Below are positions 19,074 to 30,025 of a stretch of 64,000 bases of DNA, one piece after another. Numbering within the stretch: the stretch's first letter is position 1; each line of letters begins with the position of its first letter. Under the pieces are notes generated by a model that searched no databases, was not told where the DNA came from, and was given only the letters and a program-made list of their open reading frames with translations. This DNA comes from Candidatus Eiseniibacteriota bacterium (lineage in GTDB: Bacteria; Eisenbacteria; RBG-16-71-46; CAIMUX01; VGJL01), in assembly GCA_041946735.1 (NCBI GenBank), contig JBHGAY010000012.1, positions 64,001 through 128,000 of the forward strand, given 5' to 3'. Both the position numbers and the translations under genes were made by a program.

Positions 19074-20303
19074 ATGAGCGTTCGCGAAGATCCGGTCTTC
19101 TGCAGCGTGGAGGAGGCGGTCGCCGAGATCCGCGCGGGCCGGATGCTGATCGTGGTGGACGACGAGGACCGCGAGAACGAGGGAGACCTGATCATGGCGG
19201 CGGAGAAGATCACGCCGCAATCGGTGAACTTCCTCGCGCGCTATGGACGCGGACTGATCTGCGTCCCGATGCAGGAGGAGCGCCTGAACGCGCTCGACCT
19301 TCCGCCGATGGTCCGCACGAACACCGCGAAGCTCGGCACTCCATTCACCGTCAGCGTCGACGCGGTCCACAACACGACGACCGGCATCTCCGCCTTCGAC
19401 CGCGCGCACACGATCCGCACCCTGATCGATCCGCACACGCGCCCGGAGGATCTCGCCCGCCCGGGCCACGTCTTTCCGCTGATCGCCGCCAAAGGCGGAG
19501 TGCTTCGGCGCGCCGGCCACACCGAGGCGACGGTCGACCTCGCGATCCTGGCCGGCCTGTATCCGGCGGGCGTCCTTTGCGAAATCCTCAACGAGGATGG
19601 GACGATGGCCCGCCTTCCCGAGCTGAAGCGGATGGCGGAGGAGCACGGCCTGCGGATCCTCTCGATCGGCTCGCTGATCGAGTACCGCCGCCGCACGGAA
19701 CATCTCGTCCGCCGGATCGTCGAGGCCGACCTGCCGACGGCGCACGGAGACTTCCGTCTCGTCCTCTTCGAAAGCATCCTGGACGGCGATCATCACGTCG
19801 CGATGGTGAAGGGGGAGATCCATCCGGAGGAGCCGGTCCTCGTCCGGGTGCACTCGCAGTGCTTGACGGGGGACGTCCTCGACAGCCGCCGGTGCGACTG
19901 CGGCGAGCAGAAGGAGCTCGCGCTCTCCGCGATCGCCGCCGCCGGCGCGGGGGTCTTCCTCTACATGAGGCAGGAGGGGCGCGGAATCGGCCTCGCGAAC
20001 AAGATTCGCGCCTACCATCTGCAGGACATCGGGCTCGACACCGTGGAGGCGAACGTCTCGCTTGGCTTCCAGCCCGACGAGCGGGACTTCGGGATCGGCG
20101 CGCAGATCCTCGCGGATCTCGGCGTCGGGAAGATCCGTTTGCTCACGAACAACCCGCGCAAACGCGTCGGGCTCGCCGCCCACGGCCTGTCGATCGTCGA
20201 GCTTGTGCCGATCGAGGCTCCGCCGAATCCGGAGAACCGGCACTACCTCGACACCAAGAGGCGGAAGATGGGACATATCCTCCGCATCGACGCCGAAGGA
20301 TGA
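19074..20303 (+). CDS. ribBA: DHBP synthase / GTP cyclohydrolase II
   Basis: [28 protein letters not shown]...[13 protein letters not shown]. Confidence 0.96.
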   Translation: MSVREDPVFCSVEEAVAEIRAGRMLIVVDDEDRENEGDLIMAAEKITPQSVNFLARYGRGLICVPMQEERLNALDLPPMVRTNTAKLGTPFTVSVDAVHNTTTGISAFDRAHTIRTLIDPHTRPEDLARPGHVFPLIAAKGGVLRRAGHTEATVDLAILAGLYPAGVLCEILNEDGTMARLPELKRMAEEHGLRILSIGSLIEYRRRTEHLVRRIVEADLPTAHGDFRLVLFESILDGDHHVAMVKGEIHPEEPVLVRVHSQCLTGDVLDSRRCDCGEQKELALSAIAAAGAGVFLYMRQEGRGIGLANKIRAYHLQDIGLDTVEANVSLGFQPDERDFGIGAQILADLGVGKIRLLTNNPRKRVGLAAHGLSIVELVPIEAPPNPENRHYLDTKRRKMGHILRIDAEG

Positions 20304-20316
20304 AGCCGGGGCGCGG

Positions 20317-20395
20317 GGATCGATCCGCGATCGGAGATCGATCCTCGACCGATCGCCGGCTGGTCACGATAGATCGCAGAGACGATAGATCGCAG
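20317..20395. repeat. GATC-dense intergenic element with inverted and direct repeats
   Basis: GGATCGATC...GATCGATCC inverted repeat; ACGATAGATCGCAG direct repeat at 20366 and 20382. Confidence 0.5.
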
Positions 20396-20492
20396 TGAGG
20401 TTGCGGATGTCCCGCTCGCCCGGATCGCGAGACCCGGGGAGGTTCGGGCGCGCATCGTTCGAGGGAAGGGTGGACCGAGGGAGGATTCCGGG

Positions 20493-21059
20493 ATGGCGAA
20501 GCAGTTCCTCGCGACGCTGGACGGTTCGGAGAAGCGATTCGCCTGTATCGTCAGCCGCTTCAGCCGCACGGTGACCGACCGCCTGCTCCAGGGCGCGGTC
20601 GACTGTCTGATCCAGCATGGGGTGACCGAGGACCGGATCGACGTGGTCTGGGTCCCGGGCTCGTTCGAGATTCCGCTCGCCGCGCAGGCCGCCGCACGCT
20701 CGGGTCGGTACGACGCGATCCTCGGGCTCGGTTGCGTGATCCGCGGCGAGACGGCGCACTTCGACCACGTCGCGCGCGAGGCCTCGCGCGGACTCTTCCA
20801 GGTCGGCTACGACACCGGAGTCCCGACCGTATTCGGCGTGATCACGGCGGACACGGCGGAGCAGGCCATCGAGCGCTCCGGTCTGAAGGGGGGCGGCCGC
20901 GGCTACGATGCCGCTCTCGTCGCGCTCGAGATGATCGGCGTGCTCGGATATCTCAGAGCGGGCGGACCGGCGAGCGCCGGCGGGCGAGCGACCGAAAGCC
21001 GGCCGGCGAGGGAGAGCGGACCGGCGAGGGGACGCAGGCCGGCGAACCGGCGGAAGTGA
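20493..21059 (+). CDS. ribH: 6,7-dimethyl-8-ribityllumazine synthase
   Basis: VWVPGSFEIP; LGCVIRGETAHFD. Confidence 0.96.
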   Translation: MAKQFLATLDGSEKRFACIVSRFSRTVTDRLLQGAVDCLIQHGVTEDRIDVVWVPGSFEIPLAAQAAARSGRYDAILGLGCVIRGETAHFDHVAREASRGLFQVGYDTGVPTVFGVITADTAEQAIERSGLKGGGRGYDAALVALEMIGVLGYLRAGGPASAGGRATESRPARESGPARGRRPANRRK

Positions 21060-21706
21060 GCGGACCGAGAATCCCCGACGACTTCGCAAGGGGCGGGCGA
21101 ACTCGCGCCCGAGAGGTAGTCTTCCGCGCCGCATTCGAGGCGGACCTGACCGGCGACGATCCGCTCGAGGTCCTGGAACTCTCTCTCGGACGCTTCCGTT
21201 TCACTCCGGATGGCCGCGCCTTCGCGCTCCGGCTCGCGCGCGGGCTTTCCGATCGACTCGAGGAGGTCGACGCCCTCCTTACGCAGCTGCTCGAGCGCTG
21301 GTCGCTCGCCCGCGTTTCGACGGTCGTCCGCGCGATCCTTCGGGTCGGATCGGTGGAGCTGCTGGCGGTCGACGAGACCGCTCCGGCCGTCGTCGTCAAC
21401 GAGGCGGTCCGCCTGGCGAAGCGGTACGGGGAGGAGGACTCCGCGGCGTTCGTCAACGGAGTCCTCGATGCCGCCGCCCGGCGCTTGCGGCCGGGCGCCT
21501 TCGATCGCGACGAGGGTGAGGGGCGGCTGGCTCCCCGGCGGGAGCGGAGCCGGCGCCCGCGACCGCAGGAGGGCGGGTCCGAAGGGGGGCCGAGAAGAGG
21601 AGCGGGGGGAAGGCCGGGAGGAGGAGCGGGAAGCTCCGGAGGGGGGCAAAGAAGTGGTGGCGATGCTCCACCGAGAGGGCAAGGAGGAGGGGGAGGCGGC
21701 CGTTGA
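21056..21706 (+). CDS. nusB: Transcription antitermination factor NusB with long Gly/Arg-rich tail
   Basis: RTRARE..; WSLAR; AILR; VVNEAVRLAKRYG..DS..FVNGVLD; GTGA overlap with ribH. Confidence 0.92.
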   Translation: MSGPRIPDDFARGGRTRAREVVFRAAFEADLTGDDPLEVLELSLGRFRFTPDGRAFALRLARGLSDRLEEVDALLTQLLERWSLARVSTVVRAILRVGSVELLAVDETAPAVVVNEAVRLAKRYGEEDSAAFVNGVLDAAARRLRPGAFDRDEGEGRLAPRRERSRRPRPQEGGSEGGPRRGAGGRPGGGAGSSGGGQRSGGDAPPRGQGGGGGGR

Positions 21707-21731
21707 CCGTCCTTGGATCCTCTGATAGCTT
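21703..21731 (+). promoter_or_regulatory. sigma70-type promoter of the glycosylation operon
   Basis: TTGACC-17 bp-TAGCTT with extended TGn, overlapping the nusB stop. Confidence 0.55.
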
Positions 21732-21810
21732 ATGATTTTGCCGCATTTGCGGCCCTGGGTCTTCGGCCTCCGGGCGGGGCTCCGGCAGGAAGGGATGCCT
21801 GAAGGGAAGG

Positions 21811-22632
21811 ATGCGCGCCTCCACCCCCGAGCACTGGGATCGGTACTGGGACGAGCGGAAGGAGACGATCGAGGAGGTCTATTCCAACGAGGACCGGATC
21901 CTTCGCCAGCTCGAGGGCCTTCCGCTCACCGGCCGCCGCATCCTGGAAGTCGGCGCCGGCTCCGGGCGCGACAGCCTGGAGCTCGCCCGGCGGGGCGCCC
22001 GGGTCTTCGTGATCGACTACGTCCGATCGTCCTTCGGCGTGATCCGCCGGCAGGCGCGCGAGCAGGAGCTGACCATCCACGCCGTTTGCGCCGACGCGAC
22101 GCGAATGCCGTTCCGGGACGGCACCTTCGCCCTGGTCTTCCATCAGGGGCTTCTCGAGCACTTCCGCGACCCGAATCCGCTCGTCTCGGAGAACTACCGA
22201 GTCCTGGAGGACGGCGGCCACTGCCTGATCGACGTCCCGCAGCGCTGGCACGTCTACACCCTCGCCAAGCATGCCCTGATTCTCGTGAACCGCTGGTTCG
22301 CGGGATGGGAAACGGAGTACTCCCCCGGCCAGCTCGAAGCCCTCATGCGGCGCCACGGCTTCTCGATCGTCCGCACGGGCGGGGACTGGTTCCGTCCCGG
22401 CTTCTTCTATCGCGGCCTGCGCTACGTCCTGATGCGCGGCCGGATCGCGCGGCTTCCGCTCCACCCGCGCGGCCCGAAGCTGCTTGGCGTCCCCGGGGAG
22501 TGGATCCGCGGCCGCCTGCGCGGGACGAGGCTCGGTCTGCACACCTACGCAATGATCGGCACGCTCGGCAGGAAGAATGCCGCCTCGCGACCGGGCGGCG
22601 GCGGCGCGCAGCGCGGGGGAGAGAAAGGGTGA
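21811..22632 (+). CDS. Class I SAM-dependent methyltransferase
   Basis: ILEVGAGSG motif I; CADATRMPF; HQGLLEHF. Confidence 0.88.
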   Translation: MRASTPEHWDRYWDERKETIEEVYSNEDRILRQLEGLPLTGRRILEVGAGSGRDSLELARRGARVFVIDYVRSSFGVIRRQAREQELTIHAVCADATRMPFRDGTFALVFHQGLLEHFRDPNPLVSENYRVLEDGGHCLIDVPQRWHVYTLAKHALILVNRWFAGWETEYSPGQLEALMRRHGFSIVRTGGDWFRPGFFYRGLRYVLMRGRIARLPLHPRGPKLLGVPGEWIRGRLRGTRLGLHTYAMIGTLGRKNAASRPGGGGAQRGGEKG

Positions 22633-22639
22633 GGGCGGG

Positions 22640-23776
22640 GTGCGGATTCTGATCATCAGCTACCGCGACCTCCGGCATCCGGAGATGGGAGGCGCGGAGG
22701 TCATCCTCTACGAGATCTATCGCCGGCTGCAGGCGCGCGGGCACTCGATCACCTTCCTGGCCGGCGCGTGGCCCGGAGGACCGCTCGAGGACGAGATCGA
22801 TGGGATGCGCGTGCTCCGCGCCGGGAACCTGTACAACTTCAACTGGATCGTGCCGCAGGTCTGGAAGCGGATCCGCGGGGAAGGCTACGACGTCATTGTC
22901 GAGGACCTGAACAAGATCCCGTTCTACGGGCCTTCGTTCCAGCACGAGGTGCCGGTGCTCGCCAACGTTCCGCACCTCTTCGGGACGACCGTCTTCCGCG
23001 AGACGCCCTGGCCGTTCGCCCTCTACGTCTACCTGCACGAGCAGCTCATTCCGGCCGTCTATCGTCGCTGCCGCTTCCAGGTCCTCTCCAACACGACGCG
23101 CGATGACCTGATCCGACGCGGGATCCGCGCCGACCAGATCCACGTCATCCGTTCCGGGATCGACCATTCCTTCTACCAGCCCCCGAACCGCGACGGCTCG
23201 GGGCCGCCGCCGCCCGTGCTGCTCTATCTCGGCCGCCTGAAGAAGTACAAGGGGATCGACCTGCCGATCCAGGCGATGCCGGCGATCCTCGAACGCGTCC
23301 CCGAGGCGCGCTACTGGATCGCCGGGGATGGGGACTTCCGCGCCGAGCTGCAGGAGCGGATCCGCGAGGCGGGGCTCGAGGGGAAGGTGGAGCTGCTCGG
23401 CCACAAGAGCGGCGCCGAGAAGCTCGCGATGCTCGCGCAGACGAGGGTCCTGGTCTACACCTCCCCGAAGGAAGGCTGGGGGCTCTCCGTGATCGAGGCG
23501 AACGCGATGGGGATCCCGGCGGTCGCGAGCGACTCCCCGGGCCTGTGTGAGTCGGTCCGGGACGGGGAGACCGGCTATCTCGTCCCGCACGGGGACGTCA
23601 GGGCCTTGGCCGGCCGGCTGATCGAGCTGTTGAGCGACGATGCGCTCTGGTCCAGGATGGGCCGGGCGGGGATCGAGTGGGCGTCCCGCTTCCATTGGGA
23701 CGCGATGGCGGACGAGACCGAGGGGCTCCTGGCGCGCGTCGTCGAGGAGGGGCCCGGGGGAGAGCCGAGGCGATGA
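22640..23776 (+). CDS. Glycosyltransferase family 4
   Basis: RDLRHPEMGGAE; YLGRLKKYKG; KEGWGLSVIEANAMGIP. Confidence 0.9.
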   Translation: MRILIISYRDLRHPEMGGAEVILYEIYRRLQARGHSITFLAGAWPGGPLEDEIDGMRVLRAGNLYNFNWIVPQVWKRIRGEGYDVIVEDLNKIPFYGPSFQHEVPVLANVPHLFGTTVFRETPWPFALYVYLHEQLIPAVYRRCRFQVLSNTTRDDLIRRGIRADQIHVIRSGIDHSFYQPPNRDGSGPPPPVLLYLGRLKKYKGIDLPIQAMPAILERVPEARYWIAGDGDFRAELQERIREAGLEGKVELLGHKSGAEKLAMLAQTRVLVYTSPKEGWGLSVIEANAMGIPAVASDSPGLCESVRDGETGYLVPHGDVRALAGRLIELLSDDALWSRMGRAGIEWASRFHWDAMADETEGLLARVVEEGPGGEPRR

Positions 23777-26397
23777 GGTTACTGGCGGAGAGCGAAACGA
23801 AGACGATCGGCCTCGGCGCGATCGCCGTCTTCCTGATCACGCAGATCGTCTACATCCTCACGCTGACCCGGACCTGCCCGTTCTGGGACAGCGGAGAGTT
23901 CATCTCGACCTCCTACATCCTCGGCATCCCGCACCCGCCGGGCACCCCGTTCTACGTCCTGATCGGGCGCCTCTTCACCTTCCTCCCGATCGGCTCGATC
24001 GCGACGCGCGTCAACTACCTCTCGGCCGTCTCCTCGAGCGTCGCCGCGGTGCTCGGCTACCTGGTCGCCGTCGAGCTGTTCCGCTGGATGCAGCGGGGAC
24101 GCCCGGAGGCGGAGCGCACGCCGATCCTGATCGGCATTCTCGGCGGCGTGGCGGCCGGCCTGTTCACCGCCTTCTCCCGCACCTTCTGGGAGAACGCGCT
24201 CGAAGCGGAGGTCTACGGCCTCTCGAGCGCGGCGACCATGGGAGCGTTCTGGCTGACGCTGCTGTGGGCGGGGCGCGAAGGGGAGACGAAGCGCAACAAC
24301 AAGCTGTTCCTCCTCGCCTACTACCTGATCGCCGTCTCCGCCGGGATCCACATGGGGACGTTCCTCGTTCTCCCGGCGATGCTCCTGCTCGTGCTGCTCG
24401 TCGACCACCGGACGCTCGCGCCGCATCTCTTCGGCGCGTTCGTCGTCGCAGGCGTTCTCGTCGGCCTTGCGCCGGCGATGCTGCCGATCCTGAAGGAACT
24501 CTGGATCGTCCTGCTCCTGCTCGGCCTCCTCGCTTCCCTGCTGCTCGGCCGGCTCTGGTCGCCGCTCGGCCCGCGCGGTGTCGTCTTCTGGTGCCTGCTG
24601 CTCACCGTGATCGGCCTGTCGAACCATCTCTATCTACCGATCCGCGCCGCGCTCGATCCGGCGATCAACGAGGCCGATCCCTCGACGACTCACTCGCTCT
24701 GGCTTGCCCTGATCCGCGACCAGTACAAGCCGGCGAACCCGTTCCTGATCCGCAACGCGCCCTGGGACGTGCAGTTCACGCGGCACTTCTGGCGCTACCT
24801 CCACGACCAGTACCAGCTCCGGCTGAGCCCGGCATGGCTCGCCAACTACCTCCCGTACGCGATCGGGGTGATCGGGATGATCGGCCACGCGCGTCGCGAG
24901 AAGAAGAGCTTCGCTTCGCTCTTCTTCTTCTACCTGATCACGACCGTCGGGATGGTCTTCTACCTGAACTTCCGGACGGACGAGGTGCGCGACCGCGACT
25001 ACTTCTTCACGCCGAGCTACCAGGTCTTCGCGGTCTGGATCGGGCTCGGGTTCGCGACGATCGCCGGGTGGGTTCGCTGGGCCTACACCGAGGGGCGCGA
25101 CCGGCTGGGGACCCGCCTCGGATTGCTCGTCGGCGGCCTCGGCATCCTCTTCGCCTTCTCCACCTGCGCGAACTTCTGGCACATGCGGGACAGGACCGGC
25201 TTCTACCTCGCGCGCGACCTCGCCTACAACATGCTGACCCCGCTCGATCGCGACGCGCTGATCTTCACCAACGGCGACAACGACACCTTCCCGCTCTGGT
25301 ACCTGCAGGAGGTCGAGAAGCAGAGGAAGGACATCCGCGTCGTGAACCTGAGCCTGCTGAACACCGCCTGGTACATGCGCCAGCTCCGCGACCAGCAGCC
25401 GAAGGTGGCGATCGGCTGGAACGACAAGCAGATGGACACCGTGATGGACGTTCCGGAGAAGTTCGTCGAGTACGCGCAGGGGGACATGTCACGCGAGCAG
25501 TACGAGTCCTTCCTGCGCTCGAATGGTCTCGCGAAGTACGTTCCCGATCCCGACCAGTTCATCTACTCGAAGGACATCGCGACGCGCCGGATCATCGAGG
25601 AGAACTCCGGCAAGCGGCCGATCTACTTCGCCGTCACGGTCCCCGACCAGATGGGCTTCGACGATCGGATGACGATGGAAGGTCTGGTATTCCGGCTCGG
25701 CGAGAAGCATCCCGACGGTCAGGACGACGTCGACGTCGACAAGACGCTCCACAACCTCAACGACGTCTACCTCTATCGCGGGTTGCTGACGAAGGACGGC
25801 CGCTACGACAACTCCGTCTTCAAGGACGACAACGCGCTCCGGCTCGTGCAGAACTACGCGGCCGGCTACGTGCGCGCGGCGGAGAAGCTCTCGACCGAGG
25901 GTCGCAACGAGGAGGCGCTCGGCGCAATCGAGAAGGCGTTGGTCCTCTCCTCGTCTCCGTCGATTCTCTACTCGGCCGGCGTCATCTACTACCGCACCGA
26001 GATGTTCGACAAGGCGGAGCAGGAGTTCCGCGAACTGGTCAACCACAACTACGGCGAGTACCCGATCCTCCGCCTCCTCGGCAGGACCGTCGAGCGGCAG
26101 GGGCGGATCGCCGAGGCGGAGCAGATCTACCGCGAGGGGTACGCGCGGTACCCCGACGAGCCGGAGGCGCTGCGCGAGCTCTTCTCGTTCTACGTCGAGA
26201 TGGGGGAGAACGAGAAGGCGCTCGACGTCCTCGAGCAGTGGGTGCGGCGCCATCCGGCCGACGAGGCGGCGCGCAAGCGGCTCGAGGAGCTGCGAGCGGG
26301 CGGGCTCGCCGCACCGGAGACCGTGAACCCGGCCGTGCCGACGCCGACCCAGCCGGCGGTCCCGCGCTCCACGCAGCCGTCGTCCGGAGGGAACTGA
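23773..26397 (+). CDS. DUF2723/TMEM260-like polytopic GT-C glycosyltransferase with C-terminal TPRs
   Basis: FWDSGEFI...LGIPHPPGTPFY; EAEVY; YLPIRA; EVRDRDYFF; FTNGDNDTFPLWYLQEVE; many TM segments. Confidence 0.88.
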   Translation: MRLLAESETKTIGLGAIAVFLITQIVYILTLTRTCPFWDSGEFISTSYILGIPHPPGTPFYVLIGRLFTFLPIGSIATRVNYLSAVSSSVAAVLGYLVAVELFRWMQRGRPEAERTPILIGILGGVAAGLFTAFSRTFWENALEAEVYGLSSAATMGAFWLTLLWAGREGETKRNNKLFLLAYYLIAVSAGIHMGTFLVLPAMLLLVLLVDHRTLAPHLFGAFVVAGVLVGLAPAMLPILKELWIVLLLLGLLASLLLGRLWSPLGPRGVVFWCLLLTVIGLSNHLYLPIRAALDPAINEADPSTTHSLWLALIRDQYKPANPFLIRNAPWDVQFTRHFWRYLHDQYQLRLSPAWLANYLPYAIGVIGMIGHARREKKSFASLFFFYLITTVGMVFYLNFRTDEVRDRDYFFTPSYQVFAVWIGLGFATIAGWVRWAYTEGRDRLGTRLGLLVGGLGILFAFSTCANFWHMRDRTGFYLARDLAYNMLTPLDRDALIFTNGDNDTFPLWYLQEVEKQRKDIRVVNLSLLNTAWYMRQLRDQQPKVAIGWNDKQMDTVMDVPEKFVEYAQGDMSREQYESFLRSNGLAKYVPDPDQFIYSKDIATRRIIEENSGKRPIYFAVTVPDQMGFDDRMTMEGLVFRLGEKHPDGQDDVDVDKTLHNLNDVYLYRGLLTKDGRYDNSVFKDDNALRLVQNYAAGYVRAAEKLSTEGRNEEALGAIEKALVLSSSPSILYSAGVIYYRTEMFDKAEQEFRELVNHNYGEYPILRLLGRTVERQGRIAEAEQIYREGYARYPDEPEALRELFSFYVEMGENEKALDVLEQWVRRHPADEAARKRLEELRAGGLAAPETVNPAVPTPTQPAVPRSTQPSSGGN

Positions 26398-26402
26398 GCG
26401 CC

Positions 26403-27371
26403 ATGGCTCTCCACCTCGTCACGGGAGCGGCGGGATTCATCGGCTCCCACCTCTGCGCCCGCCTGCTCGAGGAGGGGGAGGAGGTTCTCGGGGTCGACTG
26501 CTTCACGGACTACTACGACCCGGCCCTGAAGCGGCGAAACCTCGCCACGCTGCAGGGCCGGCCCGGCTTCCGCTTTCGCGAGCTGGATCTCCGCGCCGGC
26601 GCGATCGAGCCGGTCCTCGATCGCGTCGAAGGGATCTTCCACCAGGCCGCGCAGGCGGGGGTCCGCGCCTCCTGGGGCGAACATTTCCGGGACTATTCGG
26701 ACATCAACGTCCTCGCGACGCAGCGCCTGCTCGAGGCCTGCCGGGGTCGCGAGGAGCAGATCCGCCGCTTCGTCTACGCCTCCTCTTCGTCGATCTACGG
26801 CGACGCGCTCGCCTATCCGGTCGGCGAGGACGATCCCAAGCTGCCCATCTCCCCCTACGGGGTGACGAAGCTTGCCGGCGAACTTCTCGTCCGCCTCTAC
26901 GCCGTTCAGCACGGGCTGCGCGCGACGAGCCTCCGCTACTTCACCGTCTATGGCCCGCGCCAGCGTCCCGACATGGGCTTCCATCGCTTCCTGCGCGCCA
27001 TCCACGAGGGAAGGAGCGTTCCCCTCTACGGCGACGGCGAGCAGACGCGCGACTTCACCTTCGTCTCCGACGCCGTCGAGGCGAACCTCCTCGCGCTACG
27101 CGGGGATCGCGTCGAGCCCGGGACGGCGTTCAACATCGGCGGCGGCTCCCGCGTGCGTCTGCTCGACGTCCTCGACCGCCTCGCGGCGATCACCGGCAAG
27201 CCGGTGCGGATCGACCGCCAGCCGCCTTCTCCGGGGGACGTCCGCCACACCGGCGCGGACACGGCGCGCGCCCGCGAGCAGCTCGGCTACGCGCCGAAGG
27301 TCGGGATCGACGAAGGGCTGCGGCGCGAGAACGAGTGGATGATCCGCTATCTCGCTGGAGACGGGGAGTGA
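26403..27371 (+). CDS. NAD-dependent nucleotide-sugar epimerase/dehydratase
   Basis: TGAAGFIG; AAQAGVR; YGVTK; YFTVYGPRQRPDM (UDP-glucuronate 4-epimerase-like). Confidence 0.9.
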   Translation: MALHLVTGAAGFIGSHLCARLLEEGEEVLGVDCFTDYYDPALKRRNLATLQGRPGFRFRELDLRAGAIEPVLDRVEGIFHQAAQAGVRASWGEHFRDYSDINVLATQRLLEACRGREEQIRRFVYASSSSIYGDALAYPVGEDDPKLPISPYGVTKLAGELLVRLYAVQHGLRATSLRYFTVYGPRQRPDMGFHRFLRAIHEGRSVPLYGDGEQTRDFTFVSDAVEANLLALRGDRVEPGTAFNIGGGSRVRLLDVLDRLAAITGKPVRIDRQPPSPGDVRHTGADTARAREQLGYAPKVGIDEGLRRENEWMIRYLAGDGE

Positions 27372-28318
27372 GGGAGCCGCCCCGCGTGTCGGTCGTGATC
27401 CCCGCCTTCGACGAGGAGGCGTCGATCGGACCGCTCGTCGAGGAGGTCGCGCGGGTGCTCGGGCCGACCGGCCGGACCTTCGAGATCCTCGTCGTCGACG
27501 ACGGCAGCCGGGACGCGACGCCCATGGAGGTCGAGAAGCGGATCGGCACCGTCCCGGGGCTGCGGCTGCTCTCGTTGCGCGCCAACGCCGGGAAGTCGGC
27601 TGCTCTCCGCCTCGGCTTCGACGAGGCTCGGGGGACCGAGGCGGTCGTGACGCTCGACGCCGATCTCCAGGACGACCCGAAGGAGATCCCCGGGATGCTC
27701 GGGATGCTGGACGAGGGGTACGACGTCATTTCGGGGTGGAAGCGCAAGCGGCGCGACCCGTGGACGAAGACCTTTCCGAGCCGGATCTGGAACTTCTGGA
27801 CCGCACGGTTGACCGGCATCCACATCCATGACTTCAACTCCGGCTTCAAGGCCTACCGCCGTCCCGTCCTCGACACGCTCGATCTCCACGGGGAGCTGCA
27901 CCGCTACATTCCGGTTCTCGCCGGCCGGATGGGATGGAGGATCGCAGAGCGGGAGGTGGTCCACCATCCCCGAGAGCATGGGCGAAGCAAGTTCGGGGGA
28001 GGCCGCTTCCTGACCGGGTTCCTCGATCTGATGCTCGTGATGTTCCTGAGCGGCCGGCACCGCTCGCCGCTCCACGTCTTCGGGCGTCTCGGGATCGCGT
28101 TCCTGGCCGTCGGCGGCCTGATCGAGCTGTACATGGCGGGGATCTGGGTGATCGAGTCCCGTCTCCGCGTCCGTCCTATGCTGCTTTTCGGCGTGATTCT
28201 CGTGATCCTCGGAATCCAGTTCATCTCGATGGGGTTGTTGGCCGAGATGATCGCCGGGATCCGCAGGCCGAGTGACACGCCGGTCCGCAAACGTCTTCCG
28301 GAGGAGGAAGGTCCATGA
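27368..28318 (+). CDS. GT2 polyprenol-phosphate glycosyltransferase (ArnC/GtrB-like)
   Basis: [29 protein letters not shown]; two C-terminal TMs. Confidence 0.88.
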   Translation: MREPPRVSVVIPAFDEEASIGPLVEEVARVLGPTGRTFEILVVDDGSRDATPMEVEKRIGTVPGLRLLSLRANAGKSAALRLGFDEARGTEAVVTLDADLQDDPKEIPGMLGMLDEGYDVISGWKRKRRDPWTKTFPSRIWNFWTARLTGIHIHDFNSGFKAYRRPVLDTLDLHGELHRYIPVLAGRMGWRIAEREVVHHPREHGRSKFGGGRFLTGFLDLMLVMFLSGRHRSPLHVFGRLGIAFLAVGGLIELYMAGIWVIESRLRVRPMLLFGVILVILGIQFISMGLLAEMIAGIRRPSDTPVRKRLPEEEGP

Positions 28319-29250
28319 GGGTGCTGATCACGGGGGGAGCCGGGTTCATCGGGTCCCATCTGAGCGACTACCTGCTCGCCAAGGGGATGGAGGTGATCTG
28401 CATGGACAACCTCCTGACCGGCAGCGTCGACAACATCGCGCACATCCACAACCCCCGATTCCGTTTCATCGAGTACGACGTCACGAACTACATCTACGTG
28501 GACGGGCCGTTGGACTTCGTCCTCCATTTCGCGAGCCCCGCGAGCCCGAACGACTACCTGCGCCTGCCGATCCATACCCTGAAGGTCGGCGCGCTGGGCA
28601 CGCACCGGGCGCTGGGCCTCGCGCGGGCGAAGAAGGCGCGCTTCCTGCTCGCTTCGACGTCCGAGGTGTATGGGGATCCCGGCATCCACCCGCAACCGGA
28701 GTCGTACTGGGGAAACGTGAATCCGATCGGACTGCGCGGCGTCTACGACGAGGCGAAGCGCTACGCCGAGGCGCTCACGATGGCGTACCACCGCTATCAC
28801 GGCGTCGACACCAAGATCGTCCGGATCTTCAACACCTTCGGCCCCCGCATGCGGCGCGACGACGGCCGCGCCGTCCCGACCTTCATCATGCAGGCCCTGC
28901 GCGGCGAACCGATGACGATCTTCGGCGACGGCTCGCAGACCCGCTCCTTCGGCTACATCACCGATCTCGTGCGGGGGATCGACCTGCTGATGCATTCCGA
29001 GCTCTGGGAGCCGGTCAACATCGGCAACCCGCAGGAGATGACGGTGACCGAGATGGCGCAGGAGATCGTGAAGCTCACGGGCAGCAAGAGCGCGCTCGTC
29101 CATCGTCCCCTTCCCGAGGACGACCCGAAGGTTCGCCAGCCCGACATCTCGCAGGCGCGCGCCCGCCTCGGCTGGGAGCCGAAGGTCGACGTCCGCGAGG
29201 CGTTGCGCTTGACGATCGAGTGGTTCCGGCGTCTCGGGGAGGCCGTCTGA
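28315..29250 (+). CDS. UDP-glucuronate decarboxylase (UDP-xylose synthase) family
   Basis: [41 protein letters not shown]. Confidence 0.92.
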   Translation: MRVLITGGAGFIGSHLSDYLLAKGMEVICMDNLLTGSVDNIAHIHNPRFRFIEYDVTNYIYVDGPLDFVLHFASPASPNDYLRLPIHTLKVGALGTHRALGLARAKKARFLLASTSEVYGDPGIHPQPESYWGNVNPIGLRGVYDEAKRYAEALTMAYHRYHGVDTKIVRIFNTFGPRMRRDDGRAVPTFIMQALRGEPMTIFGDGSQTRSFGYITDLVRGIDLLMHSELWEPVNIGNPQEMTVTEMAQEIVKLTGSKSALVHRPLPEDDPKVRQPDISQARARLGWEPKVDVREALRLTIEWFRRLGEAV

Positions 29251-29260
29251 GGGACGGCCG

Positions 29261-30025
29261 ATGAGCGAGCTGCCGCCGGTCTGGATCATCATCCCGACCT
29301 ACGACGAGCTGGAGAACGTCAAGACGCTCGTCCCCGATCTGCTCTCCCGCGGATCGAACATCGACGTGCTGGTCGTCGACGACAACTCGCCGGACGGCAC
29401 GGGACGATGGGTCGAGGAGTTCGGCCGGACGGTCCCTCGCGTCCACGTGCTGCATCGCCCGCGCAAGATGGGGCTCGGCTCCGCCTACCGGGACGGCTTC
29501 CGCTTCGCGCTCGAACAGGGCGCGGAGCTGATCTTCGAGATGGACGCCGACTACTCGCACGACCCCTCCGCGCTCCCCTCCTTCTTCGAGGCGGCGCGCG
29601 AGGCGGACCTGGTCCTCGGGAGCCGCTACAAGAACGGCGTCACCGTGGTGAACTGGCCCCTGCGGCGGCTGATGCTCTCGTACTTCGCGAACGTCTACAC
29701 TCGGTGGCTGACCGGCCTGCCGGTGCGCGACGCCACCGGCGGCTACAAATGCTTCCGGCGCGCCGTCCTCGAGGCGATCGACCTCGGGTCGATCCGCTCC
29801 GACGGCTACGCGTTCCAGATCGAGATGACGTTCGACGCCTGGATGCTCGGCTTCCGGATCGCCGAGATCCCGATCGTCTTCGTCGACCGGCGCGTCGGGA
29901 TCTCCAAGATGAGCCGGGGAATCGTCGGCGAGGCGTTCTTCCTCGTCTTCCGGCTCGCTCTGCGCCGGATCTTCGGGCGGAGGCGCAGGCGGAGGCCGCC
30001 GGCCGGGGCGCCGGAGGCGGCATGA
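29261..30025 (+). CDS. Polyprenol monophosphomannose synthase (DPM1/Ppm1-like)
   Basis: IIPTYDE; VDDNSPDGTG; KMGLGSAY; EMDADYSHDP; GYAFQIEM. Confidence 0.9.
   Translation: MSELPPVWIIIPTYDELENVKTLVPDLLSRGSNIDVLVVDDNSPDGTGRWVEEFGRTVPRVHVLHRPRKMGLGSAYRDGFRFALEQGAELIFEMDADYSHDPSALPSFFEAAREADLVLGSRYKNGVTVVNWPLRRLMLSYFANVYTRWLTGLPVRDATGGYKCFRRAVLEAIDLGSIRSDGYAFQIEMTFDAWMLGFRIAEIPIVFVDRRVGISKMSRGIVGEAFFLVFRLALRRIFGRRRRRRPPAGAPEAA

Noticed and set aside
23640..26402. 1,243-aa ORF fusing an Arg-rich region to the epimerase
   Set aside because: The upstream part is an off-frame overlap of the DUF2723 gene; the epimerase has its own RBS (GGAGG) and ATG at 26403.
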